A DNA stretch of 64,000 nucleotides from positions 1,426,001-1,490,000 of the forward strand of contig JAUFOQ010000017.1 in assembly GCA_040285855.1 (NCBI GenBank), given 5' to 3'. Shown here piece after piece: positions 48,360-62,140 of this stretch (the stretch's first letter is position 1; each line of letters opens with the position of its first letter). A program made the translations under genes and the position numbers. The DNA is from Eukaryota sp. GEM-RC1 (taxonomy: Eukaryota). The notes under the pieces are model-generated. The model had not been told where the DNA came from, made no database searches, and saw only the letters and a program-made list of their open reading frames with translations.

Positions 48360-48746
48360 TTAAGTTGGAGTGATGGTGAGTTCTAGACTGGGAGATTGGC
48401 TTATTTGGGTCATCATTAGACAGAAAGCTTGGAGATCGTTGAATGATTCAATCATATCAAGAACGTCCTCAGTTACAAGATCTTCACGACCCTTTAGAAG
48501 AGAAGCAAATTCTGTCAGGGAAAAATCCGGGACTCGAGTGGTCATCATAGACTCTAATAGACTCTCTCCTAACTCATGGTACTGTTGGAACAGATCCATT
48601 GCTTCAATGGGAAGATCAGATTGAGAGAAAAGATGTAGATGTCCGGTTTGAAAATCAGTCAATGGCTGTGAGAAGCTTTCATCAAGAATGCAATCTTGTA
48701 GAGCATCAATGTACTGTAGGAATCGGTTGTCTTTTGAGGATGACAT
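48360..48746 (-). CDS. ARL2BP: ARL2-binding protein (BART domain)
   Basis: L.D.I.DE.F...F..Y..L.E..LE......RVP.F....F...L....D.V..DV.DM...F.D..AF..M pattern. Confidence 0.82.
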   Translation of the reverse strand: MSSSKDNRFLQYIDALQDCILDESFSQPLTDFQTGHLHLFSQSDLPIEAMDLFQQYHELGESLLESMMTTRVPDFSLTEFASLLKGREDLVTEDVLDMIESFNDLQAFCLMMTQISQSPSLELTITPT

Positions 48747-48830
48747 GTTGTCTAGGAAAATAAATCAAGGCAATTTACGTGAATTGTTGTCTTCTCAAAA
48801 AATAACAGAAGACTCTTCAGTCTAGTAATT

Positions 48831-49397
48831 ATGCCACCAAATGTTGTTCTCCCGATATCTCCTGATCAACTACCTCTAATTTTTAGCACTGTTTCGGTGA
48901 TAATCACAACGTTACTTCTGATAAAACAACTTTTCTTCTCCAATACTAAACAATTGCACAGTGAGGAGATTCGATGTAAGAAGCTATTTCTTTGTACTGG
49001 TGATTTGTATAGCGACAAAATACAACATGCATCTCCACGTCTCGGAATTTATACTCAAGACGGCCGTCCTCAAATTGTGCTGCTACACGACAATGTCAAA
49101 CCTGCTTTATCTCTTGAAATCAACAGCGATGGTAACCCCAACATCTCTATGTTTGATAGGCAGGGTGGCATTAGAACTAGTTGTTGTCTTGATGAGGATA
49201 ACATTTTCTCCATAACATATATAGACTCTACCAATGATATTCCCTTCCACATTCAAGCATCTGATCAAGGTGCTTCTATTAACTTAGCTGGAGATACTTC
49301 TTCAATCACCATCGCTTTGGGAAAGAATGAGACGGAGTTACCACCAATTATAAGTATTCAGAAGGGCGAGTCAATCACAACGTTTACTCCTGAGTGA
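48831..49397 (+). CDS. Unknown single-pass membrane protein with beta-hairpin-like repeats
   Basis: Clean 188-aa ATG ORF with an N-terminal hydrophobic segment and repeated DG.P.I...D. Confidence 0.7.
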   Translation: MPPNVVLPISPDQLPLIFSTVSVIITTLLLIKQLFFSNTKQLHSEEIRCKKLFLCTGDLYSDKIQHASPRLGIYTQDGRPQIVLLHDNVKPALSLEINSDGNPNISMFDRQGGIRTSCCLDEDNIFSITYIDSTNDIPFHIQASDQGASINLAGDTSSITIALGKNETELPPIISIQKGESITTFTPE

Positions 49398-49926
49398 TTT
49401 TCCTTTTAGTGGAAAAAAGTAATGACTTATTTTGTGATTTTTGTAGTTTAATCAGGTTGAAATCAGCTTGAGGGACGGGAAAATGTTTACTTAATTATGT
49501 TGTTTATTGTTTTCGCCCAAAATAAACACAGTACATACATGTGTATTGTTTTTGAAATAAATCGATATTTGATATAATGTATTGTGTCGTTTACAGTTAC
49601 TTTTTCTCAAAAGTTACCGACCAGTTCAGTGAGATTCTTGATTAATCTTGAAGCACTAATTTTGTACAACTACATGTATTTCTATGCAATATTCAGATTA
49701 TTCAGCTGAAACAATCAACAGCTGTTTACAAGCAAGGTTTACATGTAGTTTTCTTTCGTAATGAGAAAATGAGATGATGACAACCAAAGAATTTTAAGGT
49801 ATCACGCGGCATTTTTCTTCGGTTCTTGTAAGTTGTACATGATCAACAAGAGTGTCTTTAGACAAATAATTTGATTGGAATTAAAACATCAATTTCCTCT
49901 ACTCCCCTTATCATACCTACTCCACT

Positions 49927-52130
49927 ATGAAAAACAACTCCAAGGGTCGAGTGTTTTCTGTGAAGAAGACTTCTTCCGTAAAAAAAGTTGAGGCCAAAGA
50001 CGCCAGAAGAAATAGAGCTGCTCAACTTCGGAAGCAGTCTCGTTTAGACCACATTACCCAAATGAGACACGGTTCATTGCCTCCACGTGTTGTAGCCATT
50101 ATATCCTTATCTTCTTCCATAGATACCCAATCTGTTGCTGATGATGTTCTTTCTCATTGTTCTGATATTCAGAGCCCTGGCATCGGTCATAAATCTGCTC
50201 TTTTCACTGACAAAAACAACGTCTCACAGTCTTACCCTGCAGTGATTCTATTGACAACATTCTTCACAACGCTTTAGTTGCTGACCTCCTTCTAGTCTGT
50301 GTCTCTGCCCATGGCATTGATCCCTCTGCTTCTTCTCTCATCAACCAACTCAAATACCAGGGGCTACCCACCCCCATCGTAACCCTCCATGATCTAGAAG
50401 CTTTCAATAGAAAGTCAATGCTACAACAAAAGAAATTCATTTCCACTCAACTTGAACAACTCTTTTGTCCTGCTGTACGTATCGTAACTCTCTCCCAGGA
50501 TCCCAAAGCAATGTCCAATGTTGTTAGATTCCTGCGGGATACCAAAGTGACTCAGTTCAATTGGAGACAGAATCGTTCTTATCTTTTGTGTGATTCAATG
50601 TCACGTGATGAGAGCAATCATTTAGTTTTGACCGGTTACGTTAGAGGAGCTCCATTATGTGCGGATCAGTTATTTTCGATTGTAGAAGGAGGCGATTACG
50701 TGATTGAATCAATCAAAACTGAAGTGGATCCACTTTTGATGAAGTTTAGTGAATGTGATGAAATGTCTGTTGAAATCTCAAGAAATCCCACCAAATGCGA
50801 CTCTTTGACTTTTGTTCGACCAGTTGATTGGACCGCAGGTGAACAGTCGTTGATTACTGAAGAAGAGCTCAACTCTGCTCCTACTACCATTGTCAAGGCC
50901 CCAAAAGGGTATAGTAGTTATCAAGCTTGTTGGATTAATGCAGATCACTCAGATGACGAGAGTGATCAAAGTGATTGTGATGATGACGTTGACGGTTTGA
51001 TTGAACTCGGATTACAGGCAGGTGATGACGTACCTGAACTCACTCAACATGTGGAGACTATGTGTGACCAATCAATTGACAATGATGATGACGTTTTCTC
51101 TGGTGATGATCAACCAGAAGAGGAAGTTATGTTTAAACCAAGAAGAGATGACGAGTTAGAGTTCCCTGAGGAGGTTGACACGGACCCTTCGATATCAGCT
51201 GAGATAGAATTTAAAAATTTCAGAGGTCTACAGTCGTTGCGAACCTCTCCGTGGGATCCTAAGGAGAATTTACCTAAGAATTACTCTCGAATATTTGCTG
51301 TCAATGATTACAAAGTTTTATCAAAGAAGTTGTCCAAGTTAAATCGTATCAATACAGAAGACAATATTGATATTGGCAGCTATGTTTCTGTCAAACTAGT
51401 CAATGTACCTCAAAACCTCGAGGAAAACTATTCAGCTCTTGGCCGTTGTCCTATTGGAGTTAACTTACTTAAAAACGAAGGGAAAATGACAATGGTTCAC
51501 TTATTAGTTAGAGTTGAAGGAGAAAAGGATGAAGTATTATTTAGTTCTTCTACTGAGATTGCCTTGAGATTTGGTTTTAGAAAGATGATTATTCATCCTT
51601 TATTTAGTGAGAAAATGGCTGGCTGTTCAAAATTAAAATATTCCAAAAAGATTTATGGTGGTAGGTCCTATGTTATGTCATTTTATGGACCTTTACTATT
51701 TAATCCATTGCCGTTTCTTGTCTATCATCAATCAAATTTCATTGGAAGCGGGTCTATTTATTCATGTGATCCGGATTTAATTATTCTTCAAAAAATTATT
51801 CTGACTGGATATCCAGTTAAAATTCACAAAAGTACAGCGACTGTGCGTTATATGTTCTTTAACAGAAGTGACATTATGTATTTTGCACCTGTAGGTTTGT
51901 GGACCAAGAATGGCTTATCTGGATCAATTCTAGGACCTGTTGGTACTCATGGAATTATGAAATGTCGTTTCTCAGGCATTATTAAAAATTCTGATACTGT
52001 TTGTATGTCTCTATTCAAACGTGTTTTTCCCACGTTTAATTCTCAAGTTGTTAGTTGTGTCGCTGAACCACTTAATATGGAGGCAGATGTGGTTGAAGAA
52101 GATTATCATCCATATGAACGTGTGGTTTGA
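49927..52130 (+). CDS. TSR1: Pre-rRNA processing protein TSR1 (one frameshift in an A run at ~50214)
   Basis: RRNRA.QLRK, WR..RSYL, GYVRG, S.YQA.W, FRGL.S.RTSPWDPKENLP..Y.RIF, GTHG.MKC.F and L.KRVFP motifs. Confidence 0.95.
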
Positions 52131-52830
52131 TCTAAGTTATTTTAGTTTATTTTTAGTCGTTTTTATTCTTTATAATTTTGAAATATTAAATTAAATTTCA
52201 GTATGGTGTTTTTGATTGATCATCTCATGATAAACCAATCTGAGAAAGAAGAAGACTTAAACTTCAATTTTAAAAATTGTATCTAAGTGAGTTAGGACAG
52301 ACATATTCACGGAAATTACTAGATGTGTTCAATTTGGGCCAGGATCAACATTAAATTTTGTCCAGTTATTTAAGGTGATTGAGTGGTGCGATTAATCATG
52401 ATGTCGTAACAATTCTTGATTAGTTGATATGGGGGATTAATCAATGAATAGAGAACCACTTCTATTTCCTAAATTGGAGAAGCAATCAATGCTTCGACAT
52501 CATCTCCACAATTAAACTAACAAATCATGGACGCAACAATGAGCGGTATACGACAATGCATTTCAAATATTAAAAGCAGGTTTACATCAAACAATTTGTT
52601 AAACGTATACCATATTCAAGTCAATAAACAGATTCACCTCAGTAGAATTGGGATACAATTCTGCGCTTGTTGTTCCTTATTACCAGAAGCTTCTTTTGAG
52701 TGTGGTGTATCGCGCTTTTAATACATTTCGCCTGAGTCTGCCTTTCTTACTAATATCATAAACAAAGGACCAATGAATTGAATTTAATTGCTGGAGAGAT
52801 AATTGAGAAATTTAATTTTACTTTTTTCCA

Positions 52831-55800
52831 ATGAGTGATACTATTGATGAAAGCCTGTATTCTCGCTCTCTCTATGTTCTTGGACACGAAGCTTTGAAGA
52901 GAATGTCAGAAACAGCTGTTTTAGTTTCTGGCATGTCCGGTGTTGGCGCAGAAGTCGCCAAGAACTTGATTCTCAGTGGCATGAAAGCTGTCACTATTCA
53001 TGATACGCAGAACGTGCAACCTCGAGATCTCGGTTCCAATTTCTACCTCACTGAAGACCACGTTGGATCCAACCGTGCTCTAGCTTGCTTCCCTCGCTTT
53101 AGAAGCCTCAATACATACGTGGAAGTCAATGCCATCACATGTACTCTCACGGAAGAGATTCTATCTCAGTTTTCTGTTGTAGTTCTCACTGACGTTGCTG
53201 AATCAGATCTCCTCAACATCTCCACCTTCTGTCACAATGCCGGCATCAAGTTCGTCCTTGCTGACTCCCGAGGTGTCACTGCCCGTCTCTTCTGTGACTT
53301 TGGTCCCTCCCACACCGTCCTAGACCCTGATGGTGAGCCTACCAACACCTTCGTCATCTCCAACATTGAGAAGGGTGACTCCTTCACCACCTTCTACCTA
53401 GCTGATGATCACGCTGAAAAGATCTCCTGGTCATCAGGTTCCACTGTCAAGCTCAATGGTCTCGTTGGCTTCCCCGAACTCAACGATGTTTCTGTTGAGA
53501 CTGAAGTCCTCTCTCCTTACACTTTCCGCGTCAACATTCCCACCATCAACAATCCTGCTGAGTTTAAAACTGGGTACGTCACGCCATCAAAGGAATCATC
53601 CACGATGGTATTTGAGCCCTATTCAATCCAAGCAAAGAAACCTGCCCTTAATGGCTATCTTGGCTCTACAATCGAACCTGAAGTCACCCACGTGATGTAT
53701 CTTGCCTTAGATCAATTCTATCAAATGCACTCACGACTTCCTAGGATTGACAGTCCAAGTGATCCTTCTGATGTCCTTTTAATGATGGACAACATTGTCA
53801 AATTAACTGGGCTTTCGATTTCTCTTGACAAGATTCGTGATAAGCTCATTAGATTGATTAGAATCTCTGCGTGCGTACTTTCTCCTATCAGTGCAATCAT
53901 TGGAGGTATTGCAGCTCAAGAAGTCCTCAAGGCTTGCTCTGGAAAGTTTTCTCCCTTCCACCAGTTCTTTTACTATGATGCTTATGAAGTGTTACCTAAC
54001 GAAGACGTAGCTATTGAAGAACGTATGCCAATGCTCTCCAGATATGATGATCAGATTGTGATATTTGGTAGAGAACTTCAAAAACTCTTCCAAACTAAGT
54101 CTCTCTTTGTTGTTGGTGCTGGAGCCATTGGCTGTGAGGTACTTAAATCTGTTGCTCTAATGGGAGTTTCTTGTTCTAACAACGCTAAGACTGTGGTTAC
54201 TGACATGGACATTATTGAAAAGAGTAACCTGAATAGGCAGTTCTTGTTTACCTATGACGATATTCACAAACCAAAATCAGAAGTTGCCGCCAAAGCAGTC
54301 AAAACAATGAATAGAGATCTCTCAATCACTGCTACTCAGATTGCAGTCGGACCTGAAACTGAAGAAGTTTATAACGACGAGTTCTTTTCAACTGTTGACG
54401 TGATCATCAATGCCCTTGATAATATTGAAGCTAGAATGTTCATGGACTCCAAGGCTGTGTATTACTGTAAACCTCTAGTTGAAAGTGGAACTCTAGGTAC
54501 TAAAGGTAATGTACAGGTAGTTATTCCTCACCTTACCAAGAGTTATGGTGAATCTCAAGATCCACCTGAGAAGTCTGTTCCAATGTGTACCATTAAGAAC
54601 TTCCCTTATCAAATTGAGCATACAATCGAGTGGGCACGACAGTATTTTGAAGAGACTTTTACAAATGCAGTTACGGATGCTGCAAGATATTTGAAAAATC
54701 CTGAATTTTTAAATACTTTGAAAAGGACGGTCCCAGTCAATCACTACCCACACTCAAGAACATCCACTACTATCTAAAAGAGATCGTACCTTCCTCTTTT
54801 GAAGATTGTATCAAATGGTCTCGATTGAAGTTCGAAGAGCTCTTCAATCACCAAATCAAGCAACTCCTGTACATGTTCCCAGCAGACATGATTACTGATG
54901 CAGGAACCCCTTTCTGGTCTGGATCAAAAGAGCTCCCAGACCGATTGATTTTGACCCTACTGATAAGGATCACGTTAACTTCGTCTTTTACGGAGCTAAA
55001 CTCTTGGCAGAAGTCTATGGAATTCAACCCATCATGGACCCTAACTTTGTCATTTCCAACGCTCTCGCTGTCCATGTGCCTGAGTTTGTCCCTTCTTCTA
55101 ATGTTCAAATTGACACTGATGAGAAGGTGGAGGAGAAGCCATCAATCTCTCAAGAAGGCCCATCAGTCGATGAGTTGATCTCTTCTATTCCCAATCACCA
55201 ATCACTTACCAATATCTCTATTTCCCCAGTTGATTTGGATAAAGATAAGGATGAACTCGGTCATATGGACTTAATCACGGCTTGCTCAAACCTTCGGGCT
55301 ACTAATTATTACATTCCCACCGCTGACAAGCATCGTACTAGAGGAATTGCTGGCAAGATTGTCCCTGCAATGGTTACCACCACTGCTTTAGTTGTGGGAA
55401 TGGTCTCAATTGAGTTGTTGAAGTTGTTACAAGAAAAGAACGATATCGAAGCTTATTGTGATTCTTTCTTGAACTTAGCTTTGCCTTTCATTGCAAGATC
55501 TTCTCCTGAAACAGCTCCAACAACTGATATGATGGGAAAGAAGTTTACTGTCTGGGATAAGCTTTACTTTGATTGTGGCGACGTCACTCTTGGAGAATTC
55601 ATTGACCTCTTCCAAAAGACTTACAAGTTGTCTGTGTGTATGTTGACCATTGGAAAGTACATGGTTTTCTCCGAATGGCCTTCTAATAAAGCTCTTCAAG
55701 AAAGAAGACTTCAAACTCCATTGTCTAAAGTAGTTGAGGAATTCCAGAAGAAGCCTCTGCCCCCAGGTACAATGTTTGTTAATTTAGTAGTACTTGCTTT

Positions 55801-55858
55801 TGATGAAGTCTCTGGTGATGACGTGGAATGTCCACCTGTACAGATCAAAATAAGATAA
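52831..55858 (+). CDS. UBA1: Ubiquitin-activating enzyme E1 (two frameshifts in A runs at ~54722 and ~54928)
   Basis: [45 protein letters not shown], catalytic PMCT.KNFP and [13 protein letters not shown] motifs. Confidence 0.97.
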
Positions 55859-56306
55859 GTGAGTTACGTATGGTTGTGAATAAACAGATTTGTGATTAAA
55901 TACTTTTTTTTCAAATATTTCGTTTCAAAAGTCAAATGATCTGGATATCATCAAAATTGAGAACATTTTGCCTTGATATCAGTCAAAATATTCAACGATA
56001 CACATTCTTTCGACGAACACACGTGATGATTCTCCATTTCTTTCTTGGATACGTTGTATTGATCAAAAACTGATTCTTCTCAGTAAGTGCATTTCCTGCT
56101 GTTCAACGAAATGTAATGAACTGTCAATCACTGCTATTTGTGGGGGGATAAATTACACTCAAACTAAATGATGTTCAACCGATTGGGTTTACAATGTATC
56201 ATTTTTCAAGTTCAAAATTTCTAATCTTAAATTATTGAAATTTGGAGAAAAAGAAGAGTTGTATCTCATCACATATACACAAAAAAAACAATACACTGAA
56301 ACCAAT

Positions 56307-58317
56307 CTAACAATGACTAGGAAGTTCGAATTTAGAATCATCAGCAGAGATAACTGAGTGCTCTTTCATATAGGAACATTCCATTTCTTTAGTCAAGTAA
56401 TTTTCTTCACAGAGTTCCAATACAAATCCATCCTCTGTGATACAACTACTAATATCCTCACCAGCGTAATTAAAATACTCATACCTGTTACAGGCGACTC
56501 CTCCAATCACGTCATAACCTGCGAATACGTTTACTTCTGAAGGCATAACTAAATGACGAAGAAATCCAATAAGATCCCAATCGAAATGCTCAGTACATGT
56601 TGACTCATCAAAGCGGTATCGTCTTATAAGATTCACCAGATCTTGTTTGTCAGCAACTTCCCTCCACAGAAGACCTAAATCAAGGTTGAAATGAACATTC
56701 TCAAAGGTTTCTCCTTCCCTTTCCAAAGTAGCAGCAAAGTAAAGTTCTTGAGATGGTAACTCAGGAATTTCACAGTGTTGTGGTGGAGTAAATGCAGGAT
56801 CATCAGCAGTGATAATTGAGTGGTCTGTGAGATACGAACATTCAACTTCCCCAGTATTCCAATCTTCTTCACAGAATTCCAAAACAAATCCATCCTCTGT
56901 GATACAGTTGGTGATCTCATCTCCCCAATTATATTCGTAAATATAACGTTTACATGATAATTCTCCAATCACGTCATCATCTACAAAATGGAAACCACGA
57001 GAAGGCACAATCAAATGGTTAATGAAATCAGCAAGATCCCCATCGATACTCTTAGAACATGTTGTACCAGCCAATGAGTAGAGATCAACACCTGTCAACA
57101 AATTTTCTTCACCAGCATCTTCCCACCACAAAACAGATGAATTCAGATAGAAATAAGCGTCGTTGATGGTTTCGTTCCTTCTTTCCAGAGTAGCAACAAA
57201 GTAAAGTTCTTGATGTGATGACTCAGGAATCTCGCAGTATTCTGGTGGAGTAAATGAAGGATCATCAGCAGAAATTTCTTGATGATCAGAAAATTGCAAA
57301 CAGAAATCTAAAGCTTGCATGCATTGTTCAAAAACGAATCCATCGTGGATGCACAGATCAACAGTGAAGTCTTCTGAATAGTCAGTCCTGAAAATTGTAC
57401 AAGTCTGACCTAGAACTTCCTTAGTTTCATGAGTGTTATTGGTGAAGACATTGATCTTCATACTTGGTAGAATTTGCAATATTTCATCATCCGCATCATC
57501 AACAGTACATTGTTCATATTCAAATTCATACATATGATCTCTTGTAAACAGAACATAGCTGTCACCATCGTACAATGTCATTTTGAGATTTAACAGGTCA
57601 ACATTAGTGTCGTAGACAAACAACTTGGCATTGAATGCAGTCTTTTGGATTGAAGAACAATGGTGTTCTAGAGAAAATCTGGCATCACTGGAAGAAAGTT
57701 CTTCGTGATCGGTAAATACATGACAGTTTTCAGTCAAATCCAGTCCACCATCACAGGCAATGGCAATGAAACCATCATACAAGCAAACGTAGAGGTCTTC
57801 AGCAGGATCAACATTGTAGAGGTCGCACTTACTACCTTGGTAATCAAGCTGACCAACTTGCTCATGAACATCAGGATCAACCTTCATTTTGTTAACAGAT
57901 TCAAAGCCAATTTCTTCAAGGAACTCTGGATTTTCACGGGCACATACATCATTGACAATGTAGAGATCTGGTCCTTCGGAGAAGAACGCCATTCTAAAGG
58001 AGGAATCATCTTCAGAAATTTGAGCATCGAGCATCCAGACATTGGAGTCAAAATTGGCAATTATGGTCATAGTAGAATATCCATCGTCATCGTCCTTGAT
58101 AGAAGTCATTTTGAAAGGCGTTTTCTGGAAAACATCTGTTTCACCACGCTGACGAACTACTATTACAACCACAATCAGCAAAACAACGAGCGCTACAGCA
58201 ATAGCACCAGCTACCAGCAGTTTCGTCTTCTTCTGAGATTGGTATTGAGGGGGGAGGAACAGGGAGAGGACAGCTGGTCCCAGAATGCATGGGGTTGGCC
58301 GTTTCGTAGGTTGACAT
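56307..58317 (-). CDS. Type II membrane protein with four tandem ependymin-related (EPDR-like) domains
   Basis: N-terminal TM segment LLVAGAIAVALVVLLIVVVIVV. Four ~140-160-aa acidic Cys-containing units ending D..F(T/S/E)(P/L)..C. Start ATG 58317 requires one frameshift in a C run. Confidence 0.6.
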
Positions 58318-58913
58318 TGCTAAACTAGAAGCAATAATATAAAACTCATGTTAAAGAACATGTAAGAGCTCAAATTGAATCATCGAAGACCATAATTATC
58401 TGTTTTGATTGGAGCCATTGAGCTTCAATGTTGACTTTTAGCTATATGGATATTGCACACGTGTCACCTTCAACATGTGCTAGAACGTCTACTGTCAGGA
58501 TCATTCTACACTAAGAGTTTCGGTCTAATCTGAGGTACATTATCTCACGGCTGTAGAATTAAATAGCTATTAATATACATGGTTTTTTAACTTCCTTTGG
58601 TAAACTGTGTTCTGAGTACAGTAAAGTTTTCAATGAAAATTTCTGGTTGAGTAGGTTAACGTTTGCGTTGTTTCGCTCAATGCATAGAAAGTGGAATTCA
58701 ATTTTAGGTAAGTTGTTTGGTGATGGACAGAAAGATCATAGTTTAGATACTTTAGGTAGGTTTTTTTTACAATTTCATAGTTTTGTAGGAAGGTTACCTT
58801 ACTGGGTGCCGAATACAGTTTTCTTCTTTAGTTAGTGTCTGTTAGTTTTTAACTTCTGCAAATGCATTTATTTCACTGATTGATCATAAACCCCGTTGTT
58901 TAATAAACTACTA

Positions 58914-59479
58914 CACTGGTTTGTCTAATTAGTCTCACTGAGACTAATTTGCAAGGAGGTTATCATCATCAATTTTAGAATTAGTCTCACTGAGACTATT
59001 TATCTGATGAGACTAATTCAAAAGGTGAGACTAATTTGAAAACTACTTTACCAGTGCTTATTACGATTCATTACGAAAAACTATTGAATCATTGATAATA
59101 TGATTCCCATAAAAACACTCAGAATATTTTCCACTATGTTCTTCAAAAACAAGGTGCATTTGAGTGATGGTTAATAGTTGAAAGAGAGTCCACGTCTAAC
59201 TACTGCTTATCTTGTCCGTAATACCATCAGAATCCCAAATATCTCCGTCAGAGGTACTAACAGCAGGTCCTGAGGTCGAGCGAAGCCTGCTTAAACGCAA
59301 CCAAACGCTGTAACGATCGATCAGGAAGAGACATGAGAGTAGTCCTTAAAGATAGGACGTAGAAAACGGAAAAAATAAGAGAAATATATACAAAGTTTAT
59401 TTGGATTATAGTCTCACTGACAAAATTCAAAGGTCAATTTTAGAATTAGTCTCACTGAGACTAATTAGACAAACCAGTG
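58914..59479. mobile_element. Tc1/mariner-type MITE (566 bp)
   Basis: Perfect 24-bp TIR CACTGGTTTGTCTAATTAGTCTCA with flanking TA. Palindromic AATTAGTCTCACTGAGACTAATT sub-repeats. Confidence 0.9.
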
Positions 59480-59676
59480 TAGTAGACTACTATGTTAATT
59501 TCGAGAATATCGATAGGTCATGCTCTCAATCATTGTTTTTTTAAAAAGTGATGGTTTTGTTCTGTCCTATCTCGTGGACTGATATAATCTTTGGATTGTT
59601 GAAACAATACTTTGTGAAGTCTTTGGAAATGTCTTGAATATACAGTAGAATTACTGAAGTCGGTCAACATTCTTGA

Positions 59677-60587
59677 TATAGATGGGAGCCGGCTCAAAAT
59701 TTGCTCACGGCTAAGCCGCAGGCATTAGCCAGCCGGCTGCGGCTTACAACACATTTTAGCCAGCTCAAGTCGGCTAAAGCCGGCTCAGCCGCATCGCGTA
59801 TTTAGGCTAACTTCTTAAAAGTTTTATTGACTTGTTGGTTGATATATCAATAAAATGATTCAGAACCATTGTTAATGACAACTACACCGAGTATCAAAAC
59901 GACACAATGCTGATACCATTGATCAGTACATTCCAGTTTTCACAGATTTTACATGTCACATATTTTTGTGATTATCACTTATATACTTGACGGTTAGTTA
60001 TTGCTTGAATCTGTAAAACAATCGAAACACCGCTATGGAATTGGCTGTCTGCCTAAAATATGACAACAGTACGATAGTACTTTTGAGAAGGAGCTTAATT
60101 AGTCCTAAAGAAACAAAGTCGTTGGAGGAAGAGCTCTGACGGACTCCAGGTTTTTTACTGTGTCGGAACACAAGTATAGCCGTTTATTTGGAAGCAAAAG
60201 ATGTAATAGACATTTAAAGTGTCAGAAATAGACACTGCGACAATGTACATAAGGCACTGAATATACTATCAGTGCCCAAGAAAAACAGTAGGGCAATTAT
60301 TCGACACATATCAACTATATTCACCAATTCTACTGTTGCGCGAACGTTGATAAACATTAGTAGCCGTAAACTGTTCTGTAAAGCGCTGTAAATGATATCT
60401 TCGATTTCTAAATTCATTATTCGTTCTTTATTAGCTATGTTTTCTGAGAACCTAAAATATTCGGCTTGAGCCGGCTAAAAATATATTTAGCCAGCCGGCC
60501 TGCAGCTGAAAATTTTTCTACTCTGGACCAGTCGGCTGGTTCGGCTAGCCGGCTCAGCCGGCTAAATTGAGCCGGCTCCCATCTCTA
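59677..60587. mobile_element. Non-autonomous hAT element (911 bp)
   Basis: 21-bp TIR TA(T/G)AGATGGGAGCCGGCTCAA. Perfect 8-bp TSD ATTCTTGA. AGCCGGCT subterminal repeats. Confidence 0.93.
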
Positions 60588-61502
60588 ATTCTTGATGAGT
60601 TCAGGTCCATTTGCATATAACTGAGCAGTCAGCTGAACCATTTGAATGCACTAGTACAAATAGATGTTCTGACTCTAATATAATAATACATAGACTCAAC
60701 GTAACATGGAATGACATTGGCACCAGCAATATCAAATCTAATGCTATTACAAAATGTATACAGTCAACCTTGGATATAGAGTCATTGTATAAAGTCGACA
60801 CTATATCCAATTTTACTCTATTTGCAGTTCTTACCTTGTCTGTATATGTAGTTAAAAGGACAAGAAACTTATTTCACAGTTTCCTGTATTTTATGTATGA
60901 TTCATGTGATTGTATTCGACCAACAAACGGTGTTACACATTTAGACGTATATATTAAAGCTAAAACTGATGTTCCAATAATCAATACACTCATTGTCCAA
61001 ATTGACTATTTAGAAATTCTATCCTCATAAAGCCTGCCAAGCGATAATAGACTATCAGTAATCCAAGTCATTTTATACCTTTAACAACTGTAATCATAAT
61101 TCTACTTTCCAAAAATCTAATCTACTCTGATTCAGACTAATTAATGACTGCGAAAGTTAGCCTGAATCAGAGTAATTATGCATATTCATAGTTAGACTGA
61201 ACAAATATCCCAAACAAAAAAAATTATATTGATCACCAATGAAATTCAGAAACAGGACTGATCCGCCACGGAAATACCTTTTCAAAAGTGATTAGTGACC
61301 GAATTGTCTTTCAAACAGGTGTCAATAAGGAATGACACGGGCTGTATATGGCAATTCAACCAAAGTGTCTAGGAAGAAAAAGTGAAAGAAAGGACTGTGG
61401 TCAAACAATAATTAGTCTGGCTCAGACTAATAACTGACTCAGACTAATTGTTGTGGAGTAACATAAAAAAATTGTCAGAAAAAATCTCATCTTAACTCTT
61501 GA

Positions 61503-62105
61503 ATGGTAAAGTTCAGCTTTTGTGGTGGGAACGATGCTCCTGACTGGCTTCTTGCTGAGATCTCTCTTCTTTCACAACTTTCTTCTGTTAGAGTAAAACT
61601 TCTTGCTGTACAGGTCATCAACGAACTTCTTGGAAGTCAAATTGATGTATGGCTTACTTCAACATATCTTTCATCCTAGTATTCAAAAATCCCTACTCTA
61701 GTGGGGAAGTTCAACTTCTCTGAATCAGATATCCGTGCTTCTCTTGCTGCTCTATCCTTCATTCTACAATCAGCTGCTCAATTTAATGTCTCTCATGATG
61801 TTCTTCTCCGTGAGCTACAACAACTAGGTCTTCCCATAGAAACTTGTGGATCACTGTCAAGATCCTTCAGAGACAAGGGTGATCTAATAAAGGCCAGGAT
61901 AGCTGAACATTCCCTTCGTCTACCCCAACTTTCATCGTCAAGATTCAGGGTCGATTCGGTTTACCCTAGTGGTACTGACATAACGTTATCGTTATCACAG
62001 AATTCTATTGATAATTGTACTTTCAAATTAACCACAGAAACAGCAAACGTGTTGCTGCATGAGCTACGAAAAGCTAAGAGAATGATGGAAACGTCTAGCC
62101 TTTAA
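61503..62105 (+). CDS. COMMD4: COMM domain-containing protein 4, 2 exons
   Basis: F.FCG..D.PDW.LAEIS.L...SSV, then after intron 61647-61679 L.FIL.SAA...V....[10 protein letters not shown]. Confidence 0.93.
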
Positions 62106-62140
62106 GTTTATTCATATTGTAAATCAATTTATTGCCTGAA

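Noticed and set aside
49927..55858. Frameshifts in TSR1 and UBA1 as programmed frameshifting, RNA editing or pseudogenisation
   Set aside because: Each is fixed by adding one base to a homopolymer run, and the same pattern occurs in transposons and the viral-like block. Long-read indel error is the simplest explanation; polishing or RNA-seq would settle it.
57705..58328. 207-aa plus-strand ORF
   Set aside because: Antisense shadow of the EPDR-like gene.
61100..61460. CAGACTAATT-rich segment resembling a MITE
   Set aside because: Left TIR and TSD could not be defined with confidence.
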